Source: Candidatus Melainabacteria bacterium 17Bon1m
GTDB lineage: Bacteria; Cyanobacteriota; Vampirovibrionia; Obscuribacterales; Obscuribacteraceae
Direction: 5' to 3'
NCBI GenBank assembly: GCA_032128875.1
Contig: JAVLKG010000002.1
Location: forward strand, 832,001-896,000
Length of the DNA: 64,000 nucleotides
Part shown: piece by piece, positions 18,159 through 27,620 of the stretch
Layout: each line of letters opens with the position of its first letter
How positions within the stretch are numbered: position 1 is the first letter of the stretch
Program-made: the position numbers and the translations under genes
The notes under the pieces: model-generated
The model's input: only the letters and a program-made list of their open reading frames with translations
What the model was told of the DNA's origin: nothing
The model's database searches: none

Positions 18159-19550
18159 TCAAGTCAGTTGATAGGTGGGCAGGGTCATAATTAAATGGAC
18201 TAACCCTCTCAGTTTGGCATCGAGTGTACGGTCGTCTTCAATCATACTCACCTTTTTGCCGTCGAGATCGCTGGAGACATATTCAACCAGTCTCTGGCGT
18301 GTCTGTTTTGGAACATCTCCGTCGACCAATAAGTCGACGAAGTAATTGACCATTTCAAGCGCATTAGTCAAACCGAATCTGTGCACCAACTCTGTGGGCG
18401 TGTATGTTTTTAGCAATTCGTCAAAACGGGATGTCGTTATACGTGCAGCGAAATTGAAGCGCTCCATCATGGTGTCACTAGAAATCCATGACTCTCCGCC
18501 ATCCCAGCCCTTAACCGATGGCGGGTGAAAGAGATCTTGCCCCATTGCACCCATTAGTTGTGGCAGATCGTTATCGAGGTTTTCTAGTTGCAGTGTTTTT
18601 ATCGAACCAACAACCAGTTCAGCCGGGCTCTTGATCTTGGCATGATAGGCTCTCTCACTTTGAAATGTTTTGTCCTCAAAAATGGATCGAAGCATTGCCG
18701 CCAGCGAAAAATTGTTTTCTCTAAATGATGATGCAACTCGCTCAACATAAGACTTGTCCGGGTTATCGTATGCAAAGAACGTGATTAACTTGCGCGCTAG
18801 AAATCTGCTCGTTTCAGGTCTTTTCACAAGGATTGATACGATGTCCTCTCCGTTCAAATTCCCGCTGACAGAAAGAACGGTTTTCTTGCTGAAATCGTGC
18901 TGACCTTTATTGAAATAGAATCCGTCCGGCCTTGTTTGCCAGCCAGTAAAGGCTCGTGCTGCTTCTTTGATGTCTGTCTCTGTATAGTTGCCTATGCCGA
19001 CAGTAAACAATTCCATTACTTCGCGAGCAAAATTCTCGTTTGGCTTGCCTTTGCGATTCTGCTGATTGTCCAGCCAAATTATCATAGCCGGATCTTTCGC
19101 CATTGCTATCAGCAAGTCATGGAAATTGCCGAGCGCATACTTACGCATCAACATGTTCTGTACATACATTGCATGCGGGTTTCGCACCTTTCTATCTGAT
19201 GTCGCGAAATGACCATGCAGAAAAAGAGTCATTTTTTCTTCGAGCGGTCGCCTTGAATAGATCATGCGATAGAGCCACCAGCGGCGCAAATCATTTGGAT
19301 TAGTAAAATCGAAAGATTGTTCTTTGATCGCCTTTTCCAAAAGTGTGTTGTCGACCTGCTTTGGATTGAGCAATTCGTTTAATGCGCCGTCATATCCAAG
19401 CGATTTGTAATACTGCAATTCCTTGGGCGTATAGCCGAAGCCCGCTCTGCGCAAAAGCTGGGCAATCCACATCGATTCTTTTTTAGATTGCGTTCTTATT
19501 GGCGCGCGAGTATTTGACACTAAAAATCTCGTTGCTAGATCGGAGCTCAA
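18159..19550 (-). CDS. DUF1800 domain protein
   Basis: Motifs LLRRAGFG, LEEKMTLFLHGHFAT, PNENFAREVMELFTVG, AARAFTGW and PPSVKGW. Confidence 0.93.
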   Translation of the reverse strand: MSSDLATRFLVSNTRAPIRTQSKKESMWIAQLLRRAGFGYTPKELQYYKSLGYDGALNELLNPKQVDNTLLEKAIKEQSFDFTNPNDLRRWWLYRMIYSRRPLEEKMTLFLHGHFATSDRKVRNPHAMYVQNMLMRKYALGNFHDLLIAMAKDPAMIIWLDNQQNRKGKPNENFAREVMELFTVGIGNYTETDIKEAARAFTGWQTRPDGFYFNKGQHDFSKKTVLSVSGNLNGEDIVSILVKRPETSRFLARKLITFFAYDNPDKSYVERVASSFRENNFSLAAMLRSIFEDKTFQSERAYHAKIKSPAELVVGSIKTLQLENLDNDLPQLMGAMGQDLFHPPSVKGWDGGESWISSDTMMERFNFAARITTSRFDELLKTYTPTELVHRFGLTNALEMVNYFVDLLVDGDVPKQTRQRLVEYVSSDLDGKKVSMIEDDRTLDAKLRGLVHLIMTLPTYQLT

Positions 19551-19551
19551 C

Positions 19552-20166
19552 TTATTTTTTCTCGCTTCCTGTTTGTTGCATAAGGTCCTCAGGTAGTTCG
19601 CCGCTTTTGAGCTTATCCAGTTCTTCCAATTGAGCGGGACTGAGTTTTGCCTGAATTTCCTCCCAGATTGAAAGTCTTTTGCTCCTTAGTTTTTGCAACA
19701 TATTGCGCGCTTTCAGCAGCAACTCAAATTCGTCAGATTTAGTCATCATATCCATTTGAGGCTCTTCTTTGCTCAACATTCTTTCAATCAGTTTGGCGGA
19801 CATTTTTTTGCGCAGCTCATTAAACTCTTGATTCAAGGGCGTGAGTTCGGCACGCCCTTTTTCGTAAGCTTTGACGACTGCCTCGCGCTGTTTTCCGTTT
19901 AGCGAGCCGATCAGTCTTACCTGCTCTAAATCCGGCGTTCCGGCTTGAATAAATATGCGTATTTCGTCTGCCGGTCTGGAATTTATTTTGTACTTGGGCA
20001 ACACTTCGGCAATATTTGCAGGACCGGAGAAAATAGTTTCTTCGGCGTTTGGTGGACTGAATTTCTGGCTCGAATTCGCCGTTTTCTCAAGCGCAAAACA
20101 GTCGGTTTGTGCTGAGAAAAATAGACTGACAGTAATCAATGCGGCTTGCCCGATTTGTTTTGTCAT
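19552..20166 (-). CDS. exported helical protein, Spy/CpxP-like
   Basis: Signal peptide, coiled-coil character and a C-terminal KLSPAQLEEL resembling LTxxQ. Confidence 0.55.
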   Translation of the reverse strand: MTKQIGQAALITVSLFFSAQTDCFALEKTANSSQKFSPPNAEETIFSGPANIAEVLPKYKINSRPADEIRIFIQAGTPDLEQVRLIGSLNGKQREAVVKAYEKGRAELTPLNQEFNELRKKMSAKLIERMLSKEEPQMDMMTKSDEFELLLKARNMLQKLRSKRLSIWEEIQAKLSPAQLEELDKLKSGELPEDLMQQTGSEKK

Positions 20167-20171
20167 CGCTT

Positions 20172-22466
20172 CTAACCTTGCGGTCGGTTGCCTGACGATA
20201 CGGTTTCTCCGGAGTCGCTAAGCAGCTCACGACAGCGTTTTAGCATAATGCTGGTCGGCAGATCTGAAGGCACCATTTTCAATATGGTTGAGAATAACTG
20301 CTCCGCTTCTTTGATGTCTCCTTCGTCGAAACTTTGCCTTGCGTTTCGGTAGATTGCTATAGCTTCTTCCATAGCTGCAGGCAATGAGCCTCGAGTGGTC
20401 AGCAGCTCATAAAGCGATTGTTTATCGCCCGAACCACTTAGAATGATGCTGTCGATTTGTCTCACTTCAAGAGTATCTTCGACGAGGTGTGCTGTTCCTG
20501 AACCTAAGATAAAACTTGTTCCGTACGTGTTATTTAGTGCTTCTAGTGCCAGCGCCTGTTCAACCGGGTCGCCCATGACGCTGTATTGCGCGAACTGAGT
20601 ATCTCGAGAACCCGCATCGATGGTTCCACAAAAGGCTTCACCGGTTTCGATACCGCAAGATGAGCGCAAAGCAAGGGAGGCTAGATCGTCCGTTTGTGTT
20701 TCGCAGTAATTGTTTATTTTGTCTTTGATTGATAGCGCGCACTGCGCCGCTTGCCTGGCTTGCTCATTGCCAGCCAAAGGCAACGGTGCCCCCCAAAAGG
20801 CAATTACTCCGTAGGAGGCAATTCTGTCGACTATTCCGCGATGTTCAAAAACCTCATTCACCATAATGCCAAGGCAATCATTGAAGATTTGAAATATTCT
20901 GTCCGGTGGAAGTGGATCGACCTGATCCATGAAGTCGCGTACGCGGCAAACCATAACGGTTACCTGACAGCGCTTTCCATCGAGTCCAAGTTCGGCTAGC
21001 TGCGCTCGGTCTATCTGGTGAGCAATGTGTTTTGCAGTCATTGAGCGGAATAGTCGCGTGTGCCTTCGTCGCTCCCTAAAGAAATAAAAGTTTTGATCGG
21101 CCAGAACCAGCAGCCAACAGGGAATAACAACTGCTGTTATCGGCACTACAGTTGGTATCACTTGCCCGAAGTTGAGAAACAGGAAGAACGAAATTGCAAA
21201 CCAACCCAGAGAAATTCCGGCAATCGAAAGGAAGCTTCCCAACGGTCGACCAACAAGTATTCCAAGTACTTGTCCACATGCGAGCGCAGCTATAAGAACT
21301 GCGATGATTATTTTCCATCGTGAATTTGGAGGCAGGCATTTGCCGCTTACTAGATTTGAAATGATATTGGCCTGAATTTCAATAGCCGGCATGCGATTAT
21401 CAAATTCGGACACTGGTGTCGCAAAGCTTGATTCGTAAATCGGTGATTGTCGCGGTTGGTTACTGCCTGTGTCCATAAAGCTGCTTTCACCAAAGCCGAT
21501 TAAAACGACTTTGTGTAAAAACGGGCTGTTGGTTGTACCGCTGGAAGTATCATTTGTTTTTGCAATAGTGGCTGACGATTGAAAATGTTTTTGCCAATCA
21601 AGTGCTCGCCATAATGGAATTGTAGTAAAACTGCCTTTGCCGCCTGCATAGTTGATACGGAATTCTGCAGGAAAAATTTTGTCTTTGAGAAAGACACGGT
21701 CGTGCCCTTGATCGACCATCGATCTTGCACCCAGAAATTTTTCAGCCACTCTTAGCGCAAATGATTTGTAGAAAGCTGTTGAATGACCGAATTTTTCAAA
21801 AACCAAAAAGGCTTTTCGAACTAGACCATCTCGGTCTACAGGGATGTACGCGTTACCCAAGCAGGCTCCGTCAGCGCCCAATGCCACGACGAATTGTTCG
21901 TAAGGCGCGTGTACTCGCGGCTTTGATTTATTCCCTGTGCCACCCTCCAGCGTATCGACATTAGTGGAGACGACAATGTTTTTCACTCTCTTGAAGACGT
22001 CGCGCAGGATCTCATCTTCTTTTTCAATGGCTCGGCTTTCCGTTTGGTTTAAACGATTTGATTCGCCAGATGGTTCTTCCAAATCGACATCGAAACCAAT
22101 TACCTCAGCGCCACCTTTCGTAAGTTGATCTATGGCACGGGCAAATAAAGTTCGATTCCACGGCTGCTTGGAATTCAGTCCCAAGCGTCTTGCAGATTCA
22201 GGGTCAAGCGTAACTAGAACAACTGAGTTTGTTTCCTGTGCGCGCTTTTCTTTATAGGACTCAAGACCGTCTCTGAAGCGAATAAAGTGATCGGTTACTG
22301 AATTTTCGAGTGTTATTAACGAGTCTGAAAGAAAAGGAACGTTGAAGAATTCGATTGAAAGAACCGCAATTCCCACAAAAAAACAGACAGCCAGCGCGCG
22401 CCAAGAGAGGTCCTTCGACGAAACGCCGACAACTTTCGACACCTTTTTTGCCAAACCATCTTTCAT
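20172..22466 (-). CDS. CHASE2-domain class III adenylate/guanylate cyclase homolog (degenerate active site) with C-terminal TPR
   Basis: CHASE2 motifs PWNRTLFARAI, VDRDGLVR and MPAIEIQANII; three TM helices; cyclase fold IAFWGAP and GIETGEAF. Confidence 0.88.
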   Translation of the reverse strand: MKDGLAKKVSKVVGVSSKDLSWRALAVCFFVGIAVLSIEFFNVPFLSDSLITLENSVTDHFIRFRDGLESYKEKRAQETNSVVLVTLDPESARRLGLNSKQPWNRTLFARAIDQLTKGGAEVIGFDVDLEEPSGESNRLNQTESRAIEKEDEILRDVFKRVKNIVVSTNVDTLEGGTGNKSKPRVHAPYEQFVVALGADGACLGNAYIPVDRDGLVRKAFLVFEKFGHSTAFYKSFALRVAEKFLGARSMVDQGHDRVFLKDKIFPAEFRINYAGGKGSFTTIPLWRALDWQKHFQSSATIAKTNDTSSGTTNSPFLHKVVLIGFGESSFMDTGSNQPRQSPIYESSFATPVSEFDNRMPAIEIQANIISNLVSGKCLPPNSRWKIIIAVLIAALACGQVLGILVGRPLGSFLSIAGISLGWFAISFFLFLNFGQVIPTVVPITAVVIPCWLLVLADQNFYFFRERRRHTRLFRSMTAKHIAHQIDRAQLAELGLDGKRCQVTVMVCRVRDFMDQVDPLPPDRIFQIFNDCLGIMVNEVFEHRGIVDRIASYGVIAFWGAPLPLAGNEQARQAAQCALSIKDKINNYCETQTDDLASLALRSSCGIETGEAFCGTIDAGSRDTQFAQYSVMGDPVEQALALEALNNTYGTSFILGSGTAHLVEDTLEVRQIDSIILSGSGDKQSLYELLTTRGSLPAAMEEAIAIYRNARQSFDEGDIKEAEQLFSTILKMVPSDLPTSIMLKRCRELLSDSGETVSSGNRPQG

Positions 22467-22622
22467 CTGGAACCTTTGCCAGAAGATATCAGCGGGAGGC
22501 CTTTCCCGGGTAATTGGACATATTCCCTGTTTTGAAGCCTATTAAGTAGCCAAGCAATTAATAAGCTCTTCTGATAGCCGAGCCTGTCAAGTGAAAAATC
22601 GCCATTGAACGCTTGGACAAGG

Positions 22623-22660
22623 CTGTAGAAGTTAAAGGGTTAACGATTTAACTTCTACAG
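22623..22660. repeat. dispersed palindrome, copy 3
   Basis: CTGT-AGAAGTTAAAGGGTTAACGATTTAACTTCT-ACAG. Confidence 0.85.
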
Positions 22661-22760
22661 CTCTGCGTCCTTGACAATTGAAAAGCGCCGCAAGGAAAGC
22701 CGGCAGACTTTTAGACGGCGTCCGATAACTGCTCGAAGGCTAGATTTAGGTAGTAAAAAA

Positions 22761-22833
22761 TGGACAGTACTGGATTCGAACCAGTGACCCCCACTATGTC
22801 AAAGTGGTGCGCTACCAACTGCGCCAACTGTCC
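22761..22833 (-). tRNA. tRNA-Val (GAC)
   Basis: Cloverleaf GGACAGT...CCACT-TTGACAT-AGTGG...TTCGAAT...ACTGTCC-A; CCA is not encoded. Confidence 0.97.
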
Positions 22834-22960
22834 ACGGGAAAACCTTGGAAGAGACATTCTATCGTGCTCGGTGCCAGAGGTAAACCGCTGCCGTTACTCT
22901 TAGACACTTGAGATAAATTACAGCCAGACCGCTGCAATCCAGGGTTTTCTTGAATTAAAT

Positions 22961-23034
22961 TGGAGGCGGCACCCAGATTTGAACTGGGGGTGAAGGTTTT
23001 GCAGACCCTTGCCTTACCACTTGGCTATGCCGCC
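22961..23034 (-). tRNA. tRNA-Cys (GCA)
   Basis: Cloverleaf GGCGGCA...AGGGT-CTGCAAA-ACCTT...TTCAAAT...TGCCGCC-T-CCA. Confidence 0.97.
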
Positions 23035-23194
23035 GCAACCAGTAAAAGCTTATCGTAGACGGTCTGTTTCCAGCTTGTCAAAAAAGGCCAAACTTTTCCA
23101 AAGTTTGTAAGCGGGAATGAAGCCTGTATCATACGACTTGGCTGAATGCTGTTTCGAACGGCAGCGGCTTCATTTGCGCTGAAGGAGAATCGGC

Positions 23195-24217
23195 TTGCTT
23201 GAACTGTTGCTCAGACGATGTCTGCAAGCAGTTCCGCTGCTGGCTATCTTATCAATTGTCACATTCGCTGCTGTCCTGAGCCTTCCGGGAGACCCGGTAG
23301 ATGTGCTTGTTGGCAATGCTCAGAAAGATATGGATCCCCAAGAAATACAAGTATTAAGGCAGGAATTCGGTCTCGATAAATCACCAGTTGAGCAATATTT
23401 ACTCTGGCTATCGAATGGTGTGTTCAAGGGGAATTTAGGCAGGTCGTATAAAGACGGTCGGCCTGTTGTGACGATCATTCAGGAGCGACTCCCTTCGACA
23501 ATACGATTAGTCGCAACGGCTCTTATTCTCGCTTTTGCAGTAGGGATGTTTTGGGGGCTGGCGATGGTAGCACTCAAGCAGTCGCAGCTTGGAAAGTGGG
23601 TCGAGGCGGTCCTTTTCGTTACCGCGCTAATTTTGTACTCGGCTCCGGGATTTTGGATTGGTTTTATTGCCCTGACGATGGCTGGACGAATCAGTGCATT
23701 TGGTGATGTTCCTCTATTGGCTGTTCATGCCGCTGGCTCTCCACCTCTGAATCCGATGGTCGCGTTTTCAGCGCTTAGTTATGTTTTGCTGCCGGCGTTC
23801 GTTTTGTCGCTTAGGCGAATGGCGAAAATCGCACTTTTCGTCCGAACGGCTACTCTGAATGAATTAGCCGAAGAGTATGTGACAACGGCACTAGGCAAAG
23901 GTCTTTCTCGAGTGCGCGTCTTGACCAGACATGTTCTGAGAAACAGTCTGGCTCCGATTATTAATCTGGCAGGACTTTCCCTTCCGTCATTGTTAGGCGG
24001 GTCGGTATTGATTGAAACAGTGTTTGCCTGGCCTGGCATGGGCAGACTGGCTGTCGAATCTACATTCGGAAGAGACTATCCGATGATTCTGGCTCTTGTG
24101 ATGATGTACGGTGCTCTAGTTATTTTTTCCAATATGGCTGCAGATGTTCTTGAGCTAATGACTGATCCTCGCAGGCGTGATGCCTATCTTTCAGAGATTG
24201 AAGGAGCCAGAGCCTGA
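23195..24217 (+). CDS. peptide/nickel ABC transporter permease (OppB/DppB-like)
   Basis: Motifs LPGDP, GLDKS..EQY, GNLGRS, EYVTTALGKGL and ETVFAWPGMG. Confidence 0.92.
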   Translation: MLELLLRRCLQAVPLLAILSIVTFAAVLSLPGDPVDVLVGNAQKDMDPQEIQVLRQEFGLDKSPVEQYLLWLSNGVFKGNLGRSYKDGRPVVTIIQERLPSTIRLVATALILAFAVGMFWGLAMVALKQSQLGKWVEAVLFVTALILYSAPGFWIGFIALTMAGRISAFGDVPLLAVHAAGSPPLNPMVAFSALSYVLLPAFVLSLRRMAKIALFVRTATLNELAEEYVTTALGKGLSRVRVLTRHVLRNSLAPIINLAGLSLPSLLGGSVLIETVFAWPGMGRLAVESTFGRDYPMILALVMMYGALVIFSNMAADVLELMTDPRRRDAYLSEIEGARA

Positions 24218-25152
24218 TGTCGCAAGCCAGATTTGCTATCTCCGATCCGCGCCACAGCTCAATTCGTATGTGGGTTGGTGCACTTTTAATCGCTTTGGTG
24301 TTCTCATCTGCTCTTTTGGCTCCATTAATTGCACCGTCGAAGACATTACTCTGGCCTGTGCCTGTGAATTTGGAGGCGATCAACTTGCCGCCGTTCAGCC
24401 AAGGTCATGTGCTGGGCACGGACTTGCTGGGGCGGGATATTCTTGCCGAAGCGCTCTGGGGCGCTCGTATGTCTTTGGTAATAGGAATAGTGGCAGCTGT
24501 GACTGCCGTTACATTTGGTGGCGTATGGGGTGCTCTATCGGCTTTCCTTGGCGGGCCAATCGACACTCTAATGATGCGCTGCGTTGACGGTTTATTAGCG
24601 ATTCCAAATATAGTTTTGCTGCTGACAATAAACACCATTCTTTCGGCTGGTTCGTTTTGCTCCTTTCCTGATTGGTCTTTGCGTTTTCTGAAAGTAACTT
24701 CTTTCTCAAGTGGCTATTTGCCGCTATTCACTGTCATTGTTGTAATCAGTGCAACTACTTGGTTAGAAGCTGCGCGAATAAGCCGATCAAAGATACAGTC
24801 GATTCTTCTGGAAGAGTATATATACTCGGCAAAAGCGCTCGGAATCGGAGTTCTACGCATGCTCTTTCGGCATTTACTGCCAAATGCGGCGCCAGTTCTA
24901 CTTGTCGAGGCAACTCTTCTTGTTTCAGATGCAATTTTGATGGAAGCCGGATTAAGCTTCCTGGGGCTGGGATTGGGGCCGTCGACACCAAGCTGGGGCA
25001 GCATGTTAACGTCTGCTCAGTCGAGTTTGATTGAAGGGAACTGGTGGGCCGTTATGGTGCCGGGGGTGTTAATCACTACAACTGTAGTAGGAGTAAATCT
25101 TGTCGGAGAGGGCATCCTGGAAGGACAGGGCGGCAAAAGGCAGGCTGCGTGA
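24217..25152 (+). CDS. peptide/nickel ABC transporter permease (OppC/DppC-like)
   Basis: Motifs HVLGTDLLGRD, EYIYSAKALG and EAGLSFLGLG...PSWGSML. Confidence 0.92.
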   Translation: MSQARFAISDPRHSSIRMWVGALLIALVFSSALLAPLIAPSKTLLWPVPVNLEAINLPPFSQGHVLGTDLLGRDILAEALWGARMSLVIGIVAAVTAVTFGGVWGALSAFLGGPIDTLMMRCVDGLLAIPNIVLLLTINTILSAGSFCSFPDWSLRFLKVTSFSSGYLPLFTVIVVISATTWLEAARISRSKIQSILLEEYIYSAKALGIGVLRMLFRHLLPNAAPVLLVEATLLVSDAILMEAGLSFLGLGLGPSTPSWGSMLTSAQSSLIEGNWWAVMVPGVLITTTVVGVNLVGEGILEGQGGKRQAA

Positions 25153-25237
25153 GTGTTGTGAAAGGTTGATTCCATTCGGATACAATTACAGTCAGCCTAG
25201 AATTGAACGTTTAGTAGTAAGGAGCAAGTTTCTCGCG

Positions 25238-25762
25238 ATGAAAAAATGTCTTGCCGAAAAGGCGAAGGTTCGCAAGCTTGCCATTCTGGTTTTGCCACTG
25301 GCAGTTTTTTGCCTCACTGCTTGTGGAAACAGCAAAGATGTTACCTACAAATCCGGCGGAATGACACACACGATCGCCCAGGGCGAAGGGTCAATTCCCG
25401 ACGAATTCAAAGCTCTAATCTATCCAGATGCGCAGGCAACAGGCTCTGTGTCTGCAGATGGAAACGATCAAGAGCAGTCGAAATTCGTTATGTTGCAGGC
25501 AAAGGCTACAGCTGAAGACGTCAGCAAGTGGTACCAAGAACAGCTGCAAAACAATGGATGGACGGTTGGAAATGTTCAAAACAGCGCCGATGTAATTAGC
25601 ATCAGCGCTCAAAAGAAAGACATTGAAATGAACGTCATGATTGATGAAGACCAAGGTAAGACCACAATAAATCTCTCGCTGGCAAAAACAGTGGATCAGG
25701 TGCCTGACGAATCAGAAACTGAGAATTTTGTACCGAATAAAGCAGCGCCACCAACGGACTAA
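25238..25762 (+). CDS. putative lipoprotein
   Basis: AAGGAG RBS, ATG 25238 and lipobox LTAC. Confidence 0.75.
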   Translation: MKKCLAEKAKVRKLAILVLPLAVFCLTACGNSKDVTYKSGGMTHTIAQGEGSIPDEFKALIYPDAQATGSVSADGNDQEQSKFVMLQAKATAEDVSKWYQEQLQNNGWTVGNVQNSADVISISAQKKDIEMNVMIDEDQGKTTINLSLAKTVDQVPDESETENFVPNKAAPPTD

Positions 25763-25776
25763 CTCAGCGAGGAAAA

Positions 25777-26406
25777 ATGCCTCACGATAATGCACCACTT
25801 GCCGAAGTGATCTCTTCGTCCATTACTGGTGTGGTGGCACAGTGTTTGATGTCTTCCGACAAGGACGGGATGCCCGATACGCCCAAGCCACGTTTTGGCA
25901 GTTTCTTGAAAATCCGTACTGTTAGTAATCTAGATGTTTTAACTGTTGTGCATAATGTCATAACAGGCTCTCCTGATGCTGTGCACCAACCCTGGGCACT
26001 AGGGCTTTCACGCGAACAGTTACGAGAAGAGCAACCGCATATTTTTTCTCTTTTGCGAACGGAAGTTCATGCAGTTGTTGTCGGTTACATCGAAGGCGGC
26101 CATGTATTTCAGCATTTGCCGCCTGTACCACCCGAGGTGCATGATTTTGTGTATTTAGCCAGCGATGAAGAAATTCGTCAGGTTACGGAAGGCTTTGATT
26201 TCCTGCGATTGATTGCGACAGTCACAACAGTTCCACAGGATGAGCTGGCTGCAGCGAGTATTCGCGAAGCACATAAGGCACATGGGAATGACTATTCATT
26301 TCTAGTTGAAGCGGGACAAGCGCTATCGCATGTTTTCAAAAACGATTTCGATCGACTCGTAACGATCTTACGCAAGATTCGCCCGGGAACACCTGCTCGC
26401 TCGTAG
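25777..26406 (+). CDS. HAS-barrel domain protein (HerA/NurA-associated, cyanobacterial type)
   Basis: Motifs LAEVISSS, PRFGSFLK, ALGLSREQLREEQPHIF and QHLPPVPPEVH. Confidence 0.8.
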   Translation: MPHDNAPLAEVISSSITGVVAQCLMSSDKDGMPDTPKPRFGSFLKIRTVSNLDVLTVVHNVITGSPDAVHQPWALGLSREQLREEQPHIFSLLRTEVHAVVVGYIEGGHVFQHLPPVPPEVHDFVYLASDEEIRQVTEGFDFLRLIATVTTVPQDELAAASIREAHKAHGNDYSFLVEAGQALSHVFKNDFDRLVTILRKIRPGTPARS

Positions 26407-26422
26407 CGCGAAATGGAGCATT

Positions 26423-26466
26423 GAGGTTTAGAAGGTTAACCGTTATCGGTTAACCTTCCAAACCTC
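26423..26466. repeat. dispersed palindrome, copy 4 (longest, 44 bp)
   Basis: GAGGTTT-A-GAAGGTTAACCG-TTAT-CGGTTAACCTTC-C-AAACCTC. Confidence 0.92.
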
Positions 26467-26541
26467 TTCTTTTGGGGCCGAAAATTTTGTTGTCAGTATT
26501 AGATTTGTTTTGAACTTTTTGTCCGTAGGACTCGTATTCAA

Positions 26542-27588
26542 ATGTATGAGTTCGAGGGAACGGATATGAGTGTTAAGCGTCCAGCCGATATTGCATATGA
26601 ACTTGCACAAGCAGCGTTACCTGCTCTAGTGGCTGAGTTTGGACCGGAAGCGAAAGCAAAATCCATAGTGCTTGGAAAGCTTGCGCAGAGAGAAGTTATT
26701 GTTTGTGCTCATTGCAGAGCCGAAAACAAAATTCCGTCGGAAGAAATCCGGATGTTTTTGTGCTGCGAATGCCGAAAGCAGATTTGGGTTACTGCAGACA
26801 CGAATTTCCGCAGAGTGCGCTTGTTCTTTGTACGTCTCGGCATTATGCGATTGCAGGAAATGGGAATCTGTATCAACGCCAATCAGGCGTCCAAATTGTT
26901 CGGTGTTTCTTACAACACGGTCAGCGGATTTTACAAGAAATTGGGAATCTCTGTAATTTCTTTGATGCCAGATCGCTCCGTGGAAGTCCCGACCAGCTTT
27001 AGCATCTCCGTTGTCTGCAGGCGTACAAGACAAACACAGGCAGAGAAAGCACCTTTTGAAGAAGAGTTTGAAATGCAAAAAAACGCTGCTGAATCCCCGG
27101 ATTCGCCATTTCAAATGAGTATTGATACTTTGAATTCCACACTCTCTGAATTGGAATTACAGATTCTGGAAATGCTAAAAGACAAGACAGTTTCGTTAGA
27201 AGAGTTAAATGCAGAAATAAAGGACAGTAGTGCTTCTATATCGAGCGCGCTGACAATGCTCGAGTTGAGTGGACATATTAAGGCAAGCTTTGGCAATAAA
27301 TTTTCGCTCGCCAATTCTCTATCCTTGAAAAATCTGGATTGTGGCGAAAAGGAAAAGGCGATCGCCGAAAGCTTCAATCAGTTCATAAAGGACTACTTTC
27401 AGGGAATCGGAAGAAAAAATCTCCAAGTTTATTCTTCGTTCAATTGGTTCGCATTTGATCGAAATTTCTGGTCAATCAACCGCCTGAGAGACTTTTTCAT
27501 TACGTTTCCATATATTCCACATGAGGAGATTCTTGATTTTGTAACTCCACTAAGCTTCAAGATCATTCCGCGGTTTGATAGTTCGTAA
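26542..27588 (+). CDS. IS1595-transposase-derived protein (Zn ribbon, HTH, DprA-like winged helix; no DDE core evident)
   Basis: CAHC...CCECRKQIWVTADTNF, INANQASKLFGVSYNT, LSELELQILEML...SSALTMLELSGHI and FQGIGRKNLQVY. Confidence 0.7.
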   Translation: MYEFEGTDMSVKRPADIAYELAQAALPALVAEFGPEAKAKSIVLGKLAQREVIVCAHCRAENKIPSEEIRMFLCCECRKQIWVTADTNFRRVRLFFVRLGIMRLQEMGICINANQASKLFGVSYNTVSGFYKKLGISVISLMPDRSVEVPTSFSISVVCRRTRQTQAEKAPFEEEFEMQKNAAESPDSPFQMSIDTLNSTLSELELQILEMLKDKTVSLEELNAEIKDSSASISSALTMLELSGHIKASFGNKFSLANSLSLKNLDCGEKEKAIAESFNQFIKDYFQGIGRKNLQVYSSFNWFAFDRNFWSINRLRDFFITFPYIPHEEILDFVTPLSFKIIPRFDSS

Positions 27589-27620
27589 AACAATGATTGG
27601 AAGTGCAGCAGAGGTAGAGG

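Noticed and set aside
22761-23034. tRNA-anchored genomic island
   Set aside because: There is no integrase and no duplicated tRNA 3' end in the window.
26460-27620. Intact IS1595 insertion sequence
   Set aside because: No terminal inverted repeats or target duplication are visible and there is no DDE triad, so it is reported as a derived gene instead.
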